From assembly GCA_937903155.1 (NCBI GenBank), contig CALCZU010000030.1, positions 5,257-69,256 of the forward strand: DNA of 64,000 nucleotides, read 5' to 3'. Under the pieces are notes generated by a model. It saw only the letters and a program-made list of their open reading frames with translations, was not told where the DNA came from and did not search any database. Positions within the stretch are counted from its first letter, which is position 1; each line of letters starts with the position of its first letter. This DNA comes from an uncultured Bdellovibrionales bacterium (GTDB lineage: Bacteria > Bdellovibrionota > FAC87 > UBA2466). Below are positions 17,985 to 27,180 of the stretch, piece by piece. A program made the translations under genes and the position numbers.

Positions 17985-18764
17985 TTAGGCGGCTTGTGGA
18001 GGCGTTGAGCTTTGAGGGTGATTAATCTCCGCGGCCTCCGCGAAATAGTTCGTCGGTTTTCGCTTTTCAATCAGCTCGAGCCATTTCATGAGCTGATCGT
18101 AAGCTTCTCCTTCGATGCTCAGAACCCGTTCCACTTTTTGTTGAATTGGAGTCCAGATGCAGATGGAGAAAAAGAGGCCGTAGAAAGTTGTCAGCAAAGC
18201 GAGGCTCATATTCGAGCCAATTTTAGAAGGATCTTCTAACGTCGAGAGTAACCGGACCATTCCTAAGATGGTTCCGAGCATCCCTAAAGACGGTGCCAAT
18301 CGAAGTCCCATTGATGTCACAGCAAGACAATGTTCGGTGCGATTGAGAAATCGATCTTTTTCGAGATTCAGTAAGTCGCGGATATCACAAGGAGGCATTT
18401 TCACCGAAAGTTTGTCTATCGATTTACGAACATAAGGCGAAAACTTTCCTGTCTTTACTTTTTCGAAAACGCCAGAGCCTTCGGAGTAGTATTCTTTTCC
18501 TAAACGGTGCAAAAAGAGAGCCTCTTTTTCATGTAAACGGAGTCTTGTTTTAGGTCCGGCGCCAAAAAGAATTCCAAGGGCTCTCGCCAAAGTTTCATCT
18601 TCAAAACAAATCAGCGTCAATGCCACGGGCCCAAGTCCCGTCAACACCAATGCAGGCCAATGCAGAAGTCGGTAGACGCCTTCAAGGCTCGATTGACTTT
18701 CGAATTCGTAGACGACGAACAGACAGGTGCCGAGAAGAAGGATTCCAGCAAGTCGTGAGATCAT
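17985..18764 (-). CDS. MotA/TolQ/ExbB-family proton-channel protein
   Basis: Two N-terminal TMs, a ~100-aa cytoplasmic loop, then GMLGTILGMVRLL and LLTTFYGLFFS (MotA TM3/TM4 signature). Confidence 0.8.
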   Translation of the reverse strand: MISRLAGILLLGTCLFVVYEFESQSSLEGVYRLLHWPALVLTGLGPVALTLICFEDETLARALGILFGAGPKTRLRLHEKEALFLHRLGKEYYSEGSGVFEKVKTGKFSPYVRKSIDKLSVKMPPCDIRDLLNLEKDRFLNRTEHCLAVTSMGLRLAPSLGMLGTILGMVRLLSTLEDPSKIGSNMSLALLTTFYGLFFSICIWTPIQQKVERVLSIEGEAYDQLMKWLELIEKRKPTNYFAEAAEINHPQSSTPPQAA

Positions 18765-20488
18765 GAAATTGCCTCGCGAATTTTCTTAGTAAGAACTATT
18801 TTTGCAGCGTTTGTTTTTTCGCTGTCGGCGTCTCGGTAGCCTTCCAACTGATTGACAAGGTAATCTCGTCTTTTCGCAGGGACGGCATCGAGAATGACTT
18901 CTGAAACATTTGGACTGCAAGTTGCGAGCGCTAAGCAAAGTTCTTCATTGTCCATACTGGACAAAACTTTCTCAAGCATCGCATTGGGAAGAGTGGCTGC
19001 GTCTTCCAAGGTAAAACGGAATTTTTTAAGAGTGGGGTAAAGTTCCGGTTTATCCCTCTCGAGCATTTTTAAAAGTGATTCCTGATCGTCAGTGACGTTT
19101 AGAATCTTACCCCAGAAATCCGCTTCATCTTTTTGGGAGCCAAAAATATTTTTAGGCAGCTGGTTTGCGAGTTGACGAACCTGCCTTTCGATTTCGAGTA
19201 ACTCTGCATAGGGTACTTGATTTAGCTTGGAAGAGTAGCTTAACACTTGAGTTTTTTCGCTGTCAGAGAGAGGTTTTAAGACTTTGGCAGACTGTTGAGG
19301 AAGCATGAAGCGCAACATCGTTGCGACAACCTGATGACTTTGCAGCGAAACAATCGCACCTAACTGTTCATCGGTTAAGAACTGTAAGAATCCAAAAAAC
19401 TGAGAACTCTTCCAGTCTTGCGTTCTTACAAACTCATCAAAGTTTTTTTCATGTCGAGAAAGTTTGAGTTCAATCTCCGGAATTTCGGGTGATTGGGGTG
19501 CACGAGGGATGGCCAACCCATCGAGTAAGCTGTCAAACGCGGGGCCTGCGAGACCAAATGAAATCTCATTTCGTAATTCGACATTGAGTAAAGAGTAATA
19601 GTTTTTAAACGACTCTGAGCGAGCTAAAAATTTATCCAGAAGCTGTTCTCGGACGGAAGGTCCTCGCTCAAGCCGCGGTCGGGAGGACGACGATCTTCTC
19701 GGACCACCGATTTGATGCGTAGAATTCTCGGATGCGTTTCGGGCAGTTAAAAAAGGAAGAAGGTTTTGCATGGAAGTATCTTGCTTGCCGTTATTCTGAT
19801 TTTCCCGCTGGATCAGAAGCATCATGGCAATGGCACCTAAGAGAGCCGCTCCCACCCATCTCATATAGAGCCACACCTGCTCCATTAAAGAGGGAGGGGT
19901 TTTCTCTTTCATCTTCTCGACGGATAGCTGAAGCTTTTCGAGCGCTTTTTCGGTATCTGTTTTACCGACAGGTTTCTCAGGCTTTAGCATCGCGATTTGG
20001 GCGAAGCTGACATAAGATTTATTGGGGTAACTTCCTCTTAAATAATCTTGGATGAGAGTTTTCGCTTGCGCGACGACTTTTTGAGGAAGCGTATTATCGA
20101 ATTTAACGTAAATCTTTAAAGTATTGAGTTCGCTCGTTTCAACGGTCCGATAGACTTGGCGAGACTGAACAGAAGGATTTTCTTTAACGACGACTTCTTC
20201 TTTAAATTCAGGAACAAAGCCGGGAAGTGGCGGAGCGACTTCATTTTCTTTTTTGATTTCCGATTGAGTCTGAGCTTGCAGTGTTTCGCCTTCGACCAAG
20301 CGTCTTTCGGATTTGATTTGAATATCTGCATTCACTTGTATCAGAAATTGTTCTTTGGAGATAATTCGCGAAATCGCATTTTCGAGGTCTGATTGGACTT
20401 TCGCTTCCACTAAATAAGCATCATTCGCAGCAAATGCGAAGAAAGGAAGTAAAAAGAGGAACTGCAAAATGTGCGATTTACGGTTCAT
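18761..20488 (-). CDS. Bitopic membrane protein with a cytoplasmic FliG-C-like (or MgtE-N-like) domain
   Basis: Signal/TM1, ~185-aa periplasmic part, TM VWLYMRWVGAALLGAIAMMLLI. Cytoplasmic helical repeats end in FRFTLEDAATLPNAMLEKVLSSMDNEELCLALATCSPNVSEVILDAVPAKRRDYLVNQLE, resembling the FliG C-terminal domain. ATGA overlaps with both neighbouring genes. Confidence 0.6.
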   Translation of the reverse strand: MNRKSHILQFLFLLPFFAFAANDAYLVEAKVQSDLENAISRIISKEQFLIQVNADIQIKSERRLVEGETLQAQTQSEIKKENEVAPPLPGFVPEFKEEVVVKENPSVQSRQVYRTVETSELNTLKIYVKFDNTLPQKVVAQAKTLIQDYLRGSYPNKSYVSFAQIAMLKPEKPVGKTDTEKALEKLQLSVEKMKEKTPPSLMEQVWLYMRWVGAALLGAIAMMLLIQRENQNNGKQDTSMQNLLPFLTARNASENSTHQIGGPRRSSSSRPRLERGPSVREQLLDKFLARSESFKNYYSLLNVELRNEISFGLAGPAFDSLLDGLAIPRAPQSPEIPEIELKLSRHEKNFDEFVRTQDWKSSQFFGFLQFLTDEQLGAIVSLQSHQVVATMLRFMLPQQSAKVLKPLSDSEKTQVLSYSSKLNQVPYAELLEIERQVRQLANQLPKNIFGSQKDEADFWGKILNVTDDQESLLKMLERDKPELYPTLKKFRFTLEDAATLPNAMLEKVLSSMDNEELCLALATCSPNVSEVILDAVPAKRRDYLVNQLEGYRDADSEKTNAAKIVLTKKIREAIS

Positions 20489-21111
20489 TTTAATTTATCT
20501 AAAAAGGTTTTAACCTGAGAGTTGTTCGGTTCAAGAGCGAGAGCTTGTTGCCAAGCGCGTTTTGCCAAATCGTTTTGTTTTTGCACGTACATCAAGCTGC
20601 CTTTCATAATCCAGGCACGAACATACTCGGGTTTTTTGCGAATGATTTCTTCGACGACCTGGGTGGCCTCGTAATATTTGCGTTTATTGTACAAACGATT
20701 TGCTTCGAGCACCATGCGATCGGTGTCGTCGTATTCAATCGTAATTTTGGGAGGAATGACCGACGCGGGTTCTCGTTTGGGTTCATCTGTCGCGGCTTTA
20801 TTCTTCGAACTGTCTTCGGAGTTAGCGGTCGGAAAGCCCCCGGGGTACATATTGTGAATCACTAAAGGAACAGGCGTCGCTACGGGCGCAGCCGCTGCGG
20901 GTGTCGGCGTCGGAGACGGAGTCGGTTTAATCGAGCTTAAAGGGATCTGGATATTGTAGTTAAAACCGCCATCCGGCGCGTAATCGCCCAGAATCACTTT
21001 TTTTCCGTAGGGTGTGATCAGTTCGAGTCCACCGTTTGTTTCTCTCACATAGTAATTCTCAGCATTGTCTGCGAAGAGGATAAGAGAAAAAAGTGTGAAA
21101 AATTTGATCAT
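20485..21111 (-). CDS. Exported TPR-repeat protein with a Pro/Thr linker
   Basis: Signal peptide, PTPSPTPTPAAAAPVATP linker, C-terminal TPR (YYEATQVVEEIIRKKPEYVRAWIMKGSLMYVQKQNDLAKRAWQQALALEPNN). Confidence 0.7.
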   Translation of the reverse strand: MIKFFTLFSLILFADNAENYYVRETNGGLELITPYGKKVILGDYAPDGGFNYNIQIPLSSIKPTPSPTPTPAAAAPVATPVPLVIHNMYPGGFPTANSEDSSKNKAATDEPKREPASVIPPKITIEYDDTDRMVLEANRLYNKRKYYEATQVVEEIIRKKPEYVRAWIMKGSLMYVQKQNDLAKRAWQQALALEPNNSQVKTFLDKLK

Positions 21112-21117
21112 GGAAAT

Positions 21118-22092
21118 TTAGCGTCCCAATGAAATGCCAATGTGTGCGCCTGCGTAACCTTTGTTAATCGTGGGATCTTCTTTATCAGGCGAAAAATAAA
21201 GGGCTTCAAATCCTATTAAAGCGAAAGAACCTAAGAAGAATTCTAATGACGCTCTTCCTGCAAAACCTTTTCCGCCTCCGCCAAAGGCGTAGCCTAAACC
21301 TGGGTTAAAGGCGTAACTTAAAAAACTGTGTCCGAAGCGTCCACGAAATGAAAGTGTCGGGCAAATCGAGAGAATCGTTCCATCTCCAAAAGTTGCTCCC
21401 ATCGTTAACCCAGCTTTCGCAAATCCTACTTCTTCTAAAAGTGCTAAGCCGACGGCATTTGAAAAGGAGGAACTTCCCCCCGTTGCTGTGGAAGTGCCAC
21501 CGAACAGCTTCCCAGATCCTAAAGTGAATAAAAACTGGACTGAGCTATCCTGAAAACTTAGAGCCGGCACTGAGAATCGCTCCGCACCCATTAAATCACC
21601 CGAAGGATTTTTGTAGAGACTGGCTTGCGCAATCAGATTCATTTTTGTTCGGTAGATTTCTACAATCAAAAACGATTCGACAGGATAGCGTTTTCCCATC
21701 GTCTTAATATGTTCGATGTCGGGGGCACCTTTACTGATCACCACTCTGTCATCCGAGACATTGACTTGAGGGGTTCGGCATTCCGAACAGGAAGACACTT
21801 TTGTAATTCCTTTGTTGGCGAGACCCTTCATAATTTCATTTTCAACGATATTGCTGAAGTCTTGATCCAAAGGATAATTGGTATGTACGTAAAAGATTCC
21901 GACGGAATTTGGACGGGTCTCTAGGTTTGCGATCCAATTGGCCGTTTCTTCTCCGATAATAGAGCCTGCTCGAAACTCAGCCTCCTCCGGAGCGCGAGCG
22001 AAAAGATTCGCCCCAAATAAGAGAACTACAAGCCACGCAAATTTAATCTGATAATTTTTCATATTAAAAAGGGTACGAGTATTCATCGGCAA
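21118..22092 (-). CDS. Exported hypothetical protein with a Gly-rich beta-rich C-terminal half
   Basis: Hydrophobic signal FAWLVVLLFGANLFA. First gene of the stator-containing operon. Start uncertain (TTG 22092, ATG 22086 or ATG 22062). Confidence 0.55.
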   Translation of the reverse strand: MPMNTRTLFNMKNYQIKFAWLVVLLFGANLFARAPEEAEFRAGSIIGEETANWIANLETRPNSVGIFYVHTNYPLDQDFSNIVENEIMKGLANKGITKVSSCSECRTPQVNVSDDRVVISKGAPDIEHIKTMGKRYPVESFLIVEIYRTKMNLIAQASLYKNPSGDLMGAERFSVPALSFQDSSVQFLFTLGSGKLFGGTSTATGGSSSFSNAVGLALLEEVGFAKAGLTMGATFGDGTILSICPTLSFRGRFGHSFLSYAFNPGLGYAFGGGGKGFAGRASLEFFLGSFALIGFEALYFSPDKEDPTINKGYAGAHIGISLGR

Positions 22093-22209
22093 AATATGAA
22101 AAATTCTTCACAATGATTTAGGGGGTGTGCGTCAAATTCGTTTAGGTACTTCGCGAAGAAACTGTCACACATTTCTTTGGGCCTTCGTCTGAAGAGCATG
22201 GAGACGCGG

Positions 22210-23382
22210 ATGAAACGCAAAGAGACAAAACATCATTTCTTGTGGGTCTTATTAGTCTTGGGATGTCTTGCGACGCTATATTTTTCGCAGAGCGCCTATG
22301 CTGCTGATGATAGTTTTTTGAGGAAGAGCTCGGAGAGTTTTAGAGCCGTAGCCAAAAAAGTGGGGCCGTCAGTCGTGACGATTCGCGCGAAACATCAGTC
22401 ACATCCTTCGAGTCAAAGTCGCTTGGCCCCCCGCCCCGGGGGCCCGTCATTTAATCACCGATTTAATCCATTTGAAGAATTTATGAGCCCTTTTCAAGTG
22501 CCGCCGGGAGCAAATCCTCGTGAAGAGCAGGGCGATTCTTCCGGCTCTGGATTTGTGATTGATCCGAGAGGTTATATTTTAACGAATTATCATGTTGTTA
22601 AAGGCGCTCAGGAGTTCGAAGTCACTCTCCCCGATGATCAAGAAAAACTGAGCGCCAAATTAATTGGAAAAGATGCGAGAACGGATCTCGCGGTCATTAA
22701 AGTGGAAAGCCGGACGTCCCTTTCGGCGATTGTTTGGGAAAATACAGACAACGTCGAAGTGGGCGACTGGGCGATCGCGATTGGTAGTCCATTTATGTTG
22801 AGTCACTCCGTCACGGCCGGAATCGTGAGTGCAAAAGGGAGAAACGCTTCCAATGTCATGGGAGCGGAATTCGGCTACGATTTAATTCAAACCGATGCCG
22901 CGATTAATCCCGGCAATTCGGGTGGACCTCTTTGCACACTCGATGCAAAAGTCATGGGTGTAAACACAGCGATTTACTCCAAAAGCGGAGGATATATGGG
23001 GATCGGGTTTGCGATCCCCTCCTCCACCGCTCGTGAGACCGCTGAAAAACTCATTCAAAAAGGAAAGGTTGAAAGAGGTTGGATGGGAATTCGTATCGCG
23101 CAAACGGATAAGGAATTGTTGAAAGATCTCGGAATTAAATCCGGCGTTCTTGTTCATGAAGTGGATGAAAACAGTCCTGCTGAGAAAGCCGGGATTCATC
23201 CCGGTGATGTCATCGTACAAATTGGCGCCACGGCAATGACTGAACCCAATGAAGTCCAAAAGTTTGTCGGTTCAAAAGCACCGCTCGAAAAAATTAAGGT
23301 CTCCCTCATCGATTACCAGAATAAGAAGAAGAAAGAAGTGGAGGTGAAATTAGCAGAAATTCCTGAGCAAAATCCAAACTAA
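22210..23382 (+). CDS. HtrA/DegP-family periplasmic serine protease with a PDZ domain
   Basis: TNYHV (His), DLAVIK (Asp) and GNSGGPL (Ser) catalytic triad motifs, C-terminal PDZ. GGAG Shine-Dalgarno 8 nt before ATG 22210. Confidence 0.85.
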   Translation: MKRKETKHHFLWVLLVLGCLATLYFSQSAYAADDSFLRKSSESFRAVAKKVGPSVVTIRAKHQSHPSSQSRLAPRPGGPSFNHRFNPFEEFMSPFQVPPGANPREEQGDSSGSGFVIDPRGYILTNYHVVKGAQEFEVTLPDDQEKLSAKLIGKDARTDLAVIKVESRTSLSAIVWENTDNVEVGDWAIAIGSPFMLSHSVTAGIVSAKGRNASNVMGAEFGYDLIQTDAAINPGNSGGPLCTLDAKVMGVNTAIYSKSGGYMGIGFAIPSSTARETAEKLIQKGKVERGWMGIRIAQTDKELLKDLGIKSGVLVHEVDENSPAEKAGIHPGDVIVQIGATAMTEPNEVQKFVGSKAPLEKIKVSLIDYQNKKKKEVEVKLAEIPEQNPN

Positions 23383-23444
23383 CGGCAATTCTTTTAGTGT
23401 GGTTAGAAGAATGACCGTATTAATAACTAAATAGAAGATACCAG

Positions 23445-23485
23445 GGCCTTCTTTCTGTCTTTTGGAAAGAAGGCCATCTCTTTTT
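23445..23485 (+). terminator. Rho-independent terminator
   Basis: Perfect 11-bp stem GGCCTTCTTTC / GAAAGAAGGCC followed by ATCTCTTTTT. Confidence 0.7.
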
Positions 23486-23564
23486 GTCAGAAGGCACTCA
23501 GCCAGGCTCAAAAATGCGTTTTCCTTGAAGTTTTGGGCTGAACGGGCTATATCATTAGAACATT

Positions 23565-24296
23565 ATGAGTGCTCCTGACGCCGCATTTGCTGTAATTCCC
23601 GCTCGGGCACACTCATCTCGATTCCCTTTTAAAGTCATTGCTCCGATTCTGAATAAACCGATGATCCAACACGTTTGGGAAAATGCGTTGCTCGCTGAAA
23701 GTTTAAGCGGAGTGATGATTGCAGTCGACAATGAGGTCGTGGCGGAAGTGGTTCGCGGGTTTGGCGCCAAAGTCGTGATGACGCCCGAGCTTCCTTCAGG
23801 AAGCGATCGCGTCGCATTTGTCGCAAAGGATATCGCGGCCGAGTTTATTATTAATATCCAAGGCGATGAGCCCTTATTGCCGCCCGAACCGATTGACCTT
23901 TTGGTAGAGGCGCTCAAAAATCATCCAGAAGCTTCGATATCGACTTTGGCCGTTAAAATGAAATGTCCAGAGACGTTAAAAAACCCAAACGCGGTGAAAG
24001 TGGTTTTGAATCAAAAAAATGAGGCTTTGTATTTTTCACGGCAGCCGATTCAAATAGACCCGGATGGAACTTATTTAAAGCATATCGGAATCTACGGGTA
24101 CCGACGAGAGGCCTTAATGAAGTTTTGTTCACTTCCTCAAGGAAAACTTGAGAACACCGAAAAACTCGAGCAATTAAGAGCTTTAGAAAACGGGATGAAA
24201 ATTCAAGTCGTTGAAATTAAGATGGACACAATCGCTGTCGACATCCCAGAAGATTTAAAAAAAGTTGAAATGTACCTAAAAGAAAGAAACTTATGA
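23565..24296 (+). CDS. kdsB: 3-deoxy-manno-octulosonate cytidylyltransferase (CMP-Kdo synthetase)
   Basis: [16 protein letters not shown]-terminus and IQGDEPLL motif. ATGA overlap with pyrG. Confidence 0.9.
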   Translation: MSAPDAAFAVIPARAHSSRFPFKVIAPILNKPMIQHVWENALLAESLSGVMIAVDNEVVAEVVRGFGAKVVMTPELPSGSDRVAFVAKDIAAEFIINIQGDEPLLPPEPIDLLVEALKNHPEASISTLAVKMKCPETLKNPNAVKVVLNQKNEALYFSRQPIQIDPDGTYLKHIGIYGYRREALMKFCSLPQGKLENTEKLEQLRALENGMKIQVVEIKMDTIAVDIPEDLKKVEMYLKERNL

Positions 24297-25999
24297 AAAC
24301 GAAATATATTTTTGTGACGGGAGGAGTTCTTTCCTCATTGGGAAAAGGTCTCGCGTCGGCTTCTTTAGGGGCATTGCTTGAAAATCGTGGCATTCAAATT
24401 ACGATGATGAAAATGGATCCTTATTTGAATGTGGATCCTGGAACGATGAATCCTTTTCAACATGGCGAAGTTTTTGTGACTGAAGACGGCGCGGAAACCG
24501 ATCTCGATCTTGGACATTACGAGCGCTTCACGAACGTGAATTTAAAGCGAGAAAACAGTGTGACCGCCGGTCAAGTTTACGAGACCGTCATCGCTCGCGA
24601 ACGCCGTGGGGGCTATTTAGGCGGAACGGTTCAAGTCATTCCTCACATTACCGATGAAATTAAAGAGAGAGTAAAAAACGCAGCCAAAGGAAAAGAAGTC
24701 GCGATTATCGAAATCGGTGGAACCGTCGGCGATATCGAATCCCTTCCCTTTTTGGAAGCGATTAGACAGTTTCGATTCGATGTGGGAGAAGAAAATGTTT
24801 TATTTATTCATCTGACATTGGTTCCTTATCTAGGCCTATCGGGCGAGTTAAAGACAAAACCCACTCAGCATTCCGTGCAAAAATTGAGAGAGATTGGAAT
24901 TCAACCCGATTTTCTATTGTGTCGCACCGACCGTGACATCCCAGAAGATATTAAGGCAAAGATTGCACTCTTTTGTAACATGAAAGCCGAAAATGTAATT
25001 ACGGCGAGGGACGTCTCTAATATTTATGAAGTGCCTTTGGTTTATTACCAGCAACGTTTCGATGAAAAAATCTGTGAACGTTTGCGTCTTAAGAACAAAG
25101 CCAAAGGTTTAGACCGCTGGGCTAAAATCGCTCAGATTATCTCCGCACCCAAAAACGGTGAAATCGAAATCGGAGTGGTTGGAAAGTATGTCGATCTGAC
25201 CGAGTCTTACAAGAGTGTCAGTGAAGCGCTCGTTCATGGAGGAATTGCCAATCAAGTTTTGTTAAAATTGAGATACATCGATTCTGAAAAACTCGAAAAG
25301 CAGAAAAATCTTGAAGAGCAACTCGAAGGCCTCTCCGGCATTTTGGTTCCCGGAGGTTTTGGCCAACGTGGAGTGGAAGGAAAAATCAAAGCCATTCAAT
25401 ACGCAAGAACGCATAAGATTCCTTACTTTGGAATTTGCATCGGTCTTCAGCTAGCCATCATCGAATATGCGAGAAATATTTGTGGATTAAATAAAGCTAC
25501 GAGCCGTGAGTTCTCCAATACCGGAGAATTCGTTATTGATTTAATGGAAGACCAAAAACGCGTCGATAAACTCGGTGGCAGCATGCGACTGGGTTCTTAC
25601 CAATGTAAGATCTCAAGCGGAACGATTGCGAACGAAGTTTATGGTAAAACCGAAATTTCTGAACGTCACAGGCATCGATACGAGGTGAATAACCACTATC
25701 GAAAGACTTTAGAAGAAGAAGGCCTCATCGTTTCAGGTGTGAACCCGGAGTTGAAACTCGTCGAAATGATCGAAGTTAAAGGTCATCCGTGGTTCTTGGG
25801 ATGTCAGTTCCATCCCGAATTCAAATCAAAACCCTTTCTGCCCCATCCTTTGTTCGTAGGTTTTGTGAAGGCTTCTTTAAAGTATCACGCGTCTAAAGGG
25901 ATGAAGCCGACGAGAAAAGGGAAAAAGGATTCAAACATTCTCTTAACGCAAGGTAAGCGCAAAGCCCGTTCGAACAGCTCCCGCGAAGCCCGACTGTGA
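24293..25999 (+). CDS. pyrG: CTP synthase
   Basis: [38 protein letters not shown], and the glutaminase domain GICIGLQ ... HRHRYEVN. Confidence 0.95.
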   Translation: MKTKYIFVTGGVLSSLGKGLASASLGALLENRGIQITMMKMDPYLNVDPGTMNPFQHGEVFVTEDGAETDLDLGHYERFTNVNLKRENSVTAGQVYETVIARERRGGYLGGTVQVIPHITDEIKERVKNAAKGKEVAIIEIGGTVGDIESLPFLEAIRQFRFDVGEENVLFIHLTLVPYLGLSGELKTKPTQHSVQKLREIGIQPDFLLCRTDRDIPEDIKAKIALFCNMKAENVITARDVSNIYEVPLVYYQQRFDEKICERLRLKNKAKGLDRWAKIAQIISAPKNGEIEIGVVGKYVDLTESYKSVSEALVHGGIANQVLLKLRYIDSEKLEKQKNLEEQLEGLSGILVPGGFGQRGVEGKIKAIQYARTHKIPYFGICIGLQLAIIEYARNICGLNKATSREFSNTGEFVIDLMEDQKRVDKLGGSMRLGSYQCKISSGTIANEVYGKTEISERHRHRYEVNNHYRKTLEEEGLIVSGVNPELKLVEMIEVKGHPWFLGCQFHPEFKSKPFLPHPLFVGFVKASLKYHASKGMKPTRKGKKDSNILLTQGKRKARSNSSREARL

Positions 26000-26053
26000 T
26001 ATAATGTTAATCTCATAGACTCAGATTAACACTTCTTCCGTCCGCGCTTCGCA

Positions 26054-27180
26054 ATGACAGAAACAACCACGCAGAAACATTTTTCGACTTTGGATGGGCT
26101 GCGAGGACTGGCGGTTTTATACGTTTTTATTTTTCATTTTTCTGAATTTGAATCTTTTTCGTGGAAAAGCGAAGTTTACTTGAGGTTTGTAAAACTCGGT
26201 TGGAGCGGGGTAGATCTTTTCTTTGTCTTGTCTGGTTTTTTGTTATCAGGGATTCTTATCGATTCTAAAAACTCTTTTCACTATTACCGAAATTTCTACA
26301 TCAGACGTAGTTTGCGGATTTTGCCTCTACATTACAGTTTTTTGATTTTAACTCTTTTTATTCTACCCCTTTTAAGCGCAGGACTGGCGGATATTGCGCT
26401 TCGAGGGCAAAAATACTGGGCGCCTTATTTTTTCTTTCTTGCAAATTTTGTGAATATGGCAACTGGCTGGAAGGGAAACTGGCTCGATCCCATGTGGAGC
26501 CTCGCGGTCGAAGAGCAGTTTTATTTTTTCTGGCCAAAGATCGTGAAAAGTCTTTCTCAATCGAAGCTAAAGTTTCTGTGCTTTGCAATCATCCTTATCT
26601 GCCCTTTGATTCGCCTTGGCCTCATCGTTTTAGAAGTGAACCCGCTCATAAATTATGTTTTTATCTTGTCCAGACTCGATGCTTTGGCGGTGGGGGGGCT
26701 TGTTGCTATTTTATACCGGGAGAAAAGTAAAATTCTTCTGGACCGAAATCTAGCGGTTCTGGGCGCGCTATTTGGGGCGGGCATTGCGGTGGTTTATTAC
26801 ACATCCCCGTTTGCGAGAACATTTGCAAGTATGTTCGTGGGTTATTCCTTTTTGGCAGTTTTTTATGGGGCCTTACTCGCATCTCTTTTACATCCCGATG
26901 AGAAGCATTTAAGAACGCGTGTTTTTTCGTACTTTTTTTAAGGATTGTAGGAAAATATAGCTATGGGATTTATTTGTTCCATGTCCCTGTTCGAACCCTG
27001 TTAATGCAGTATAAGATTTTCTCAGGCGCGTTCGTGAAATATGGAATTTCTTTTACCGCCAGTCATTCCCTTTTTGTTTTAATTGGATTTGCCAGCACGT
27101 TTTTTTGTGCGTGGGTGAGTTACGAGGGAATGGAAAAAAGATTCCTAAAATTGAAGCGATTTTTCCCGGCTTCTGCGTGA
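26054..27180 (+). pseudogene. Acyltransferase-3 (OafA/YrhL-like) membrane acyltransferase, frame-disrupted at a T7 tract
   Basis: ORF 26054-26941 (LDGLRGLAVLYVFIFH, WSLAVEEQFYFFWP) stops at 26939-26941. The conserved C-terminal motif GKYSYGIYLFHVPV continues in another frame (open from 26902, ends 27180). One extra T in the T7 run 26933-26939 restores a single reading frame. Confidence 0.6.

Noticed and set aside
17334-18764. MotA/MotB pair as a Zorya-type (ZorAB) anti-phage system
   Set aside because: As I recall it, ZorA is much longer and has an extended C-terminal tail. No ZorC/ZorD-like helicase or nuclease genes are adjacent. The MotA homologue here has ordinary stator size (259 aa) and its neighbours are envelope proteins.
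26974-27180. 68-aa ORF as an independent gene
   Set aside because: It is better explained as the displaced C-terminal part of the acyltransferase-3 gene. The conserved GKYSYGIYLFH motif lies just upstream of its nominal Met, in the same frame.
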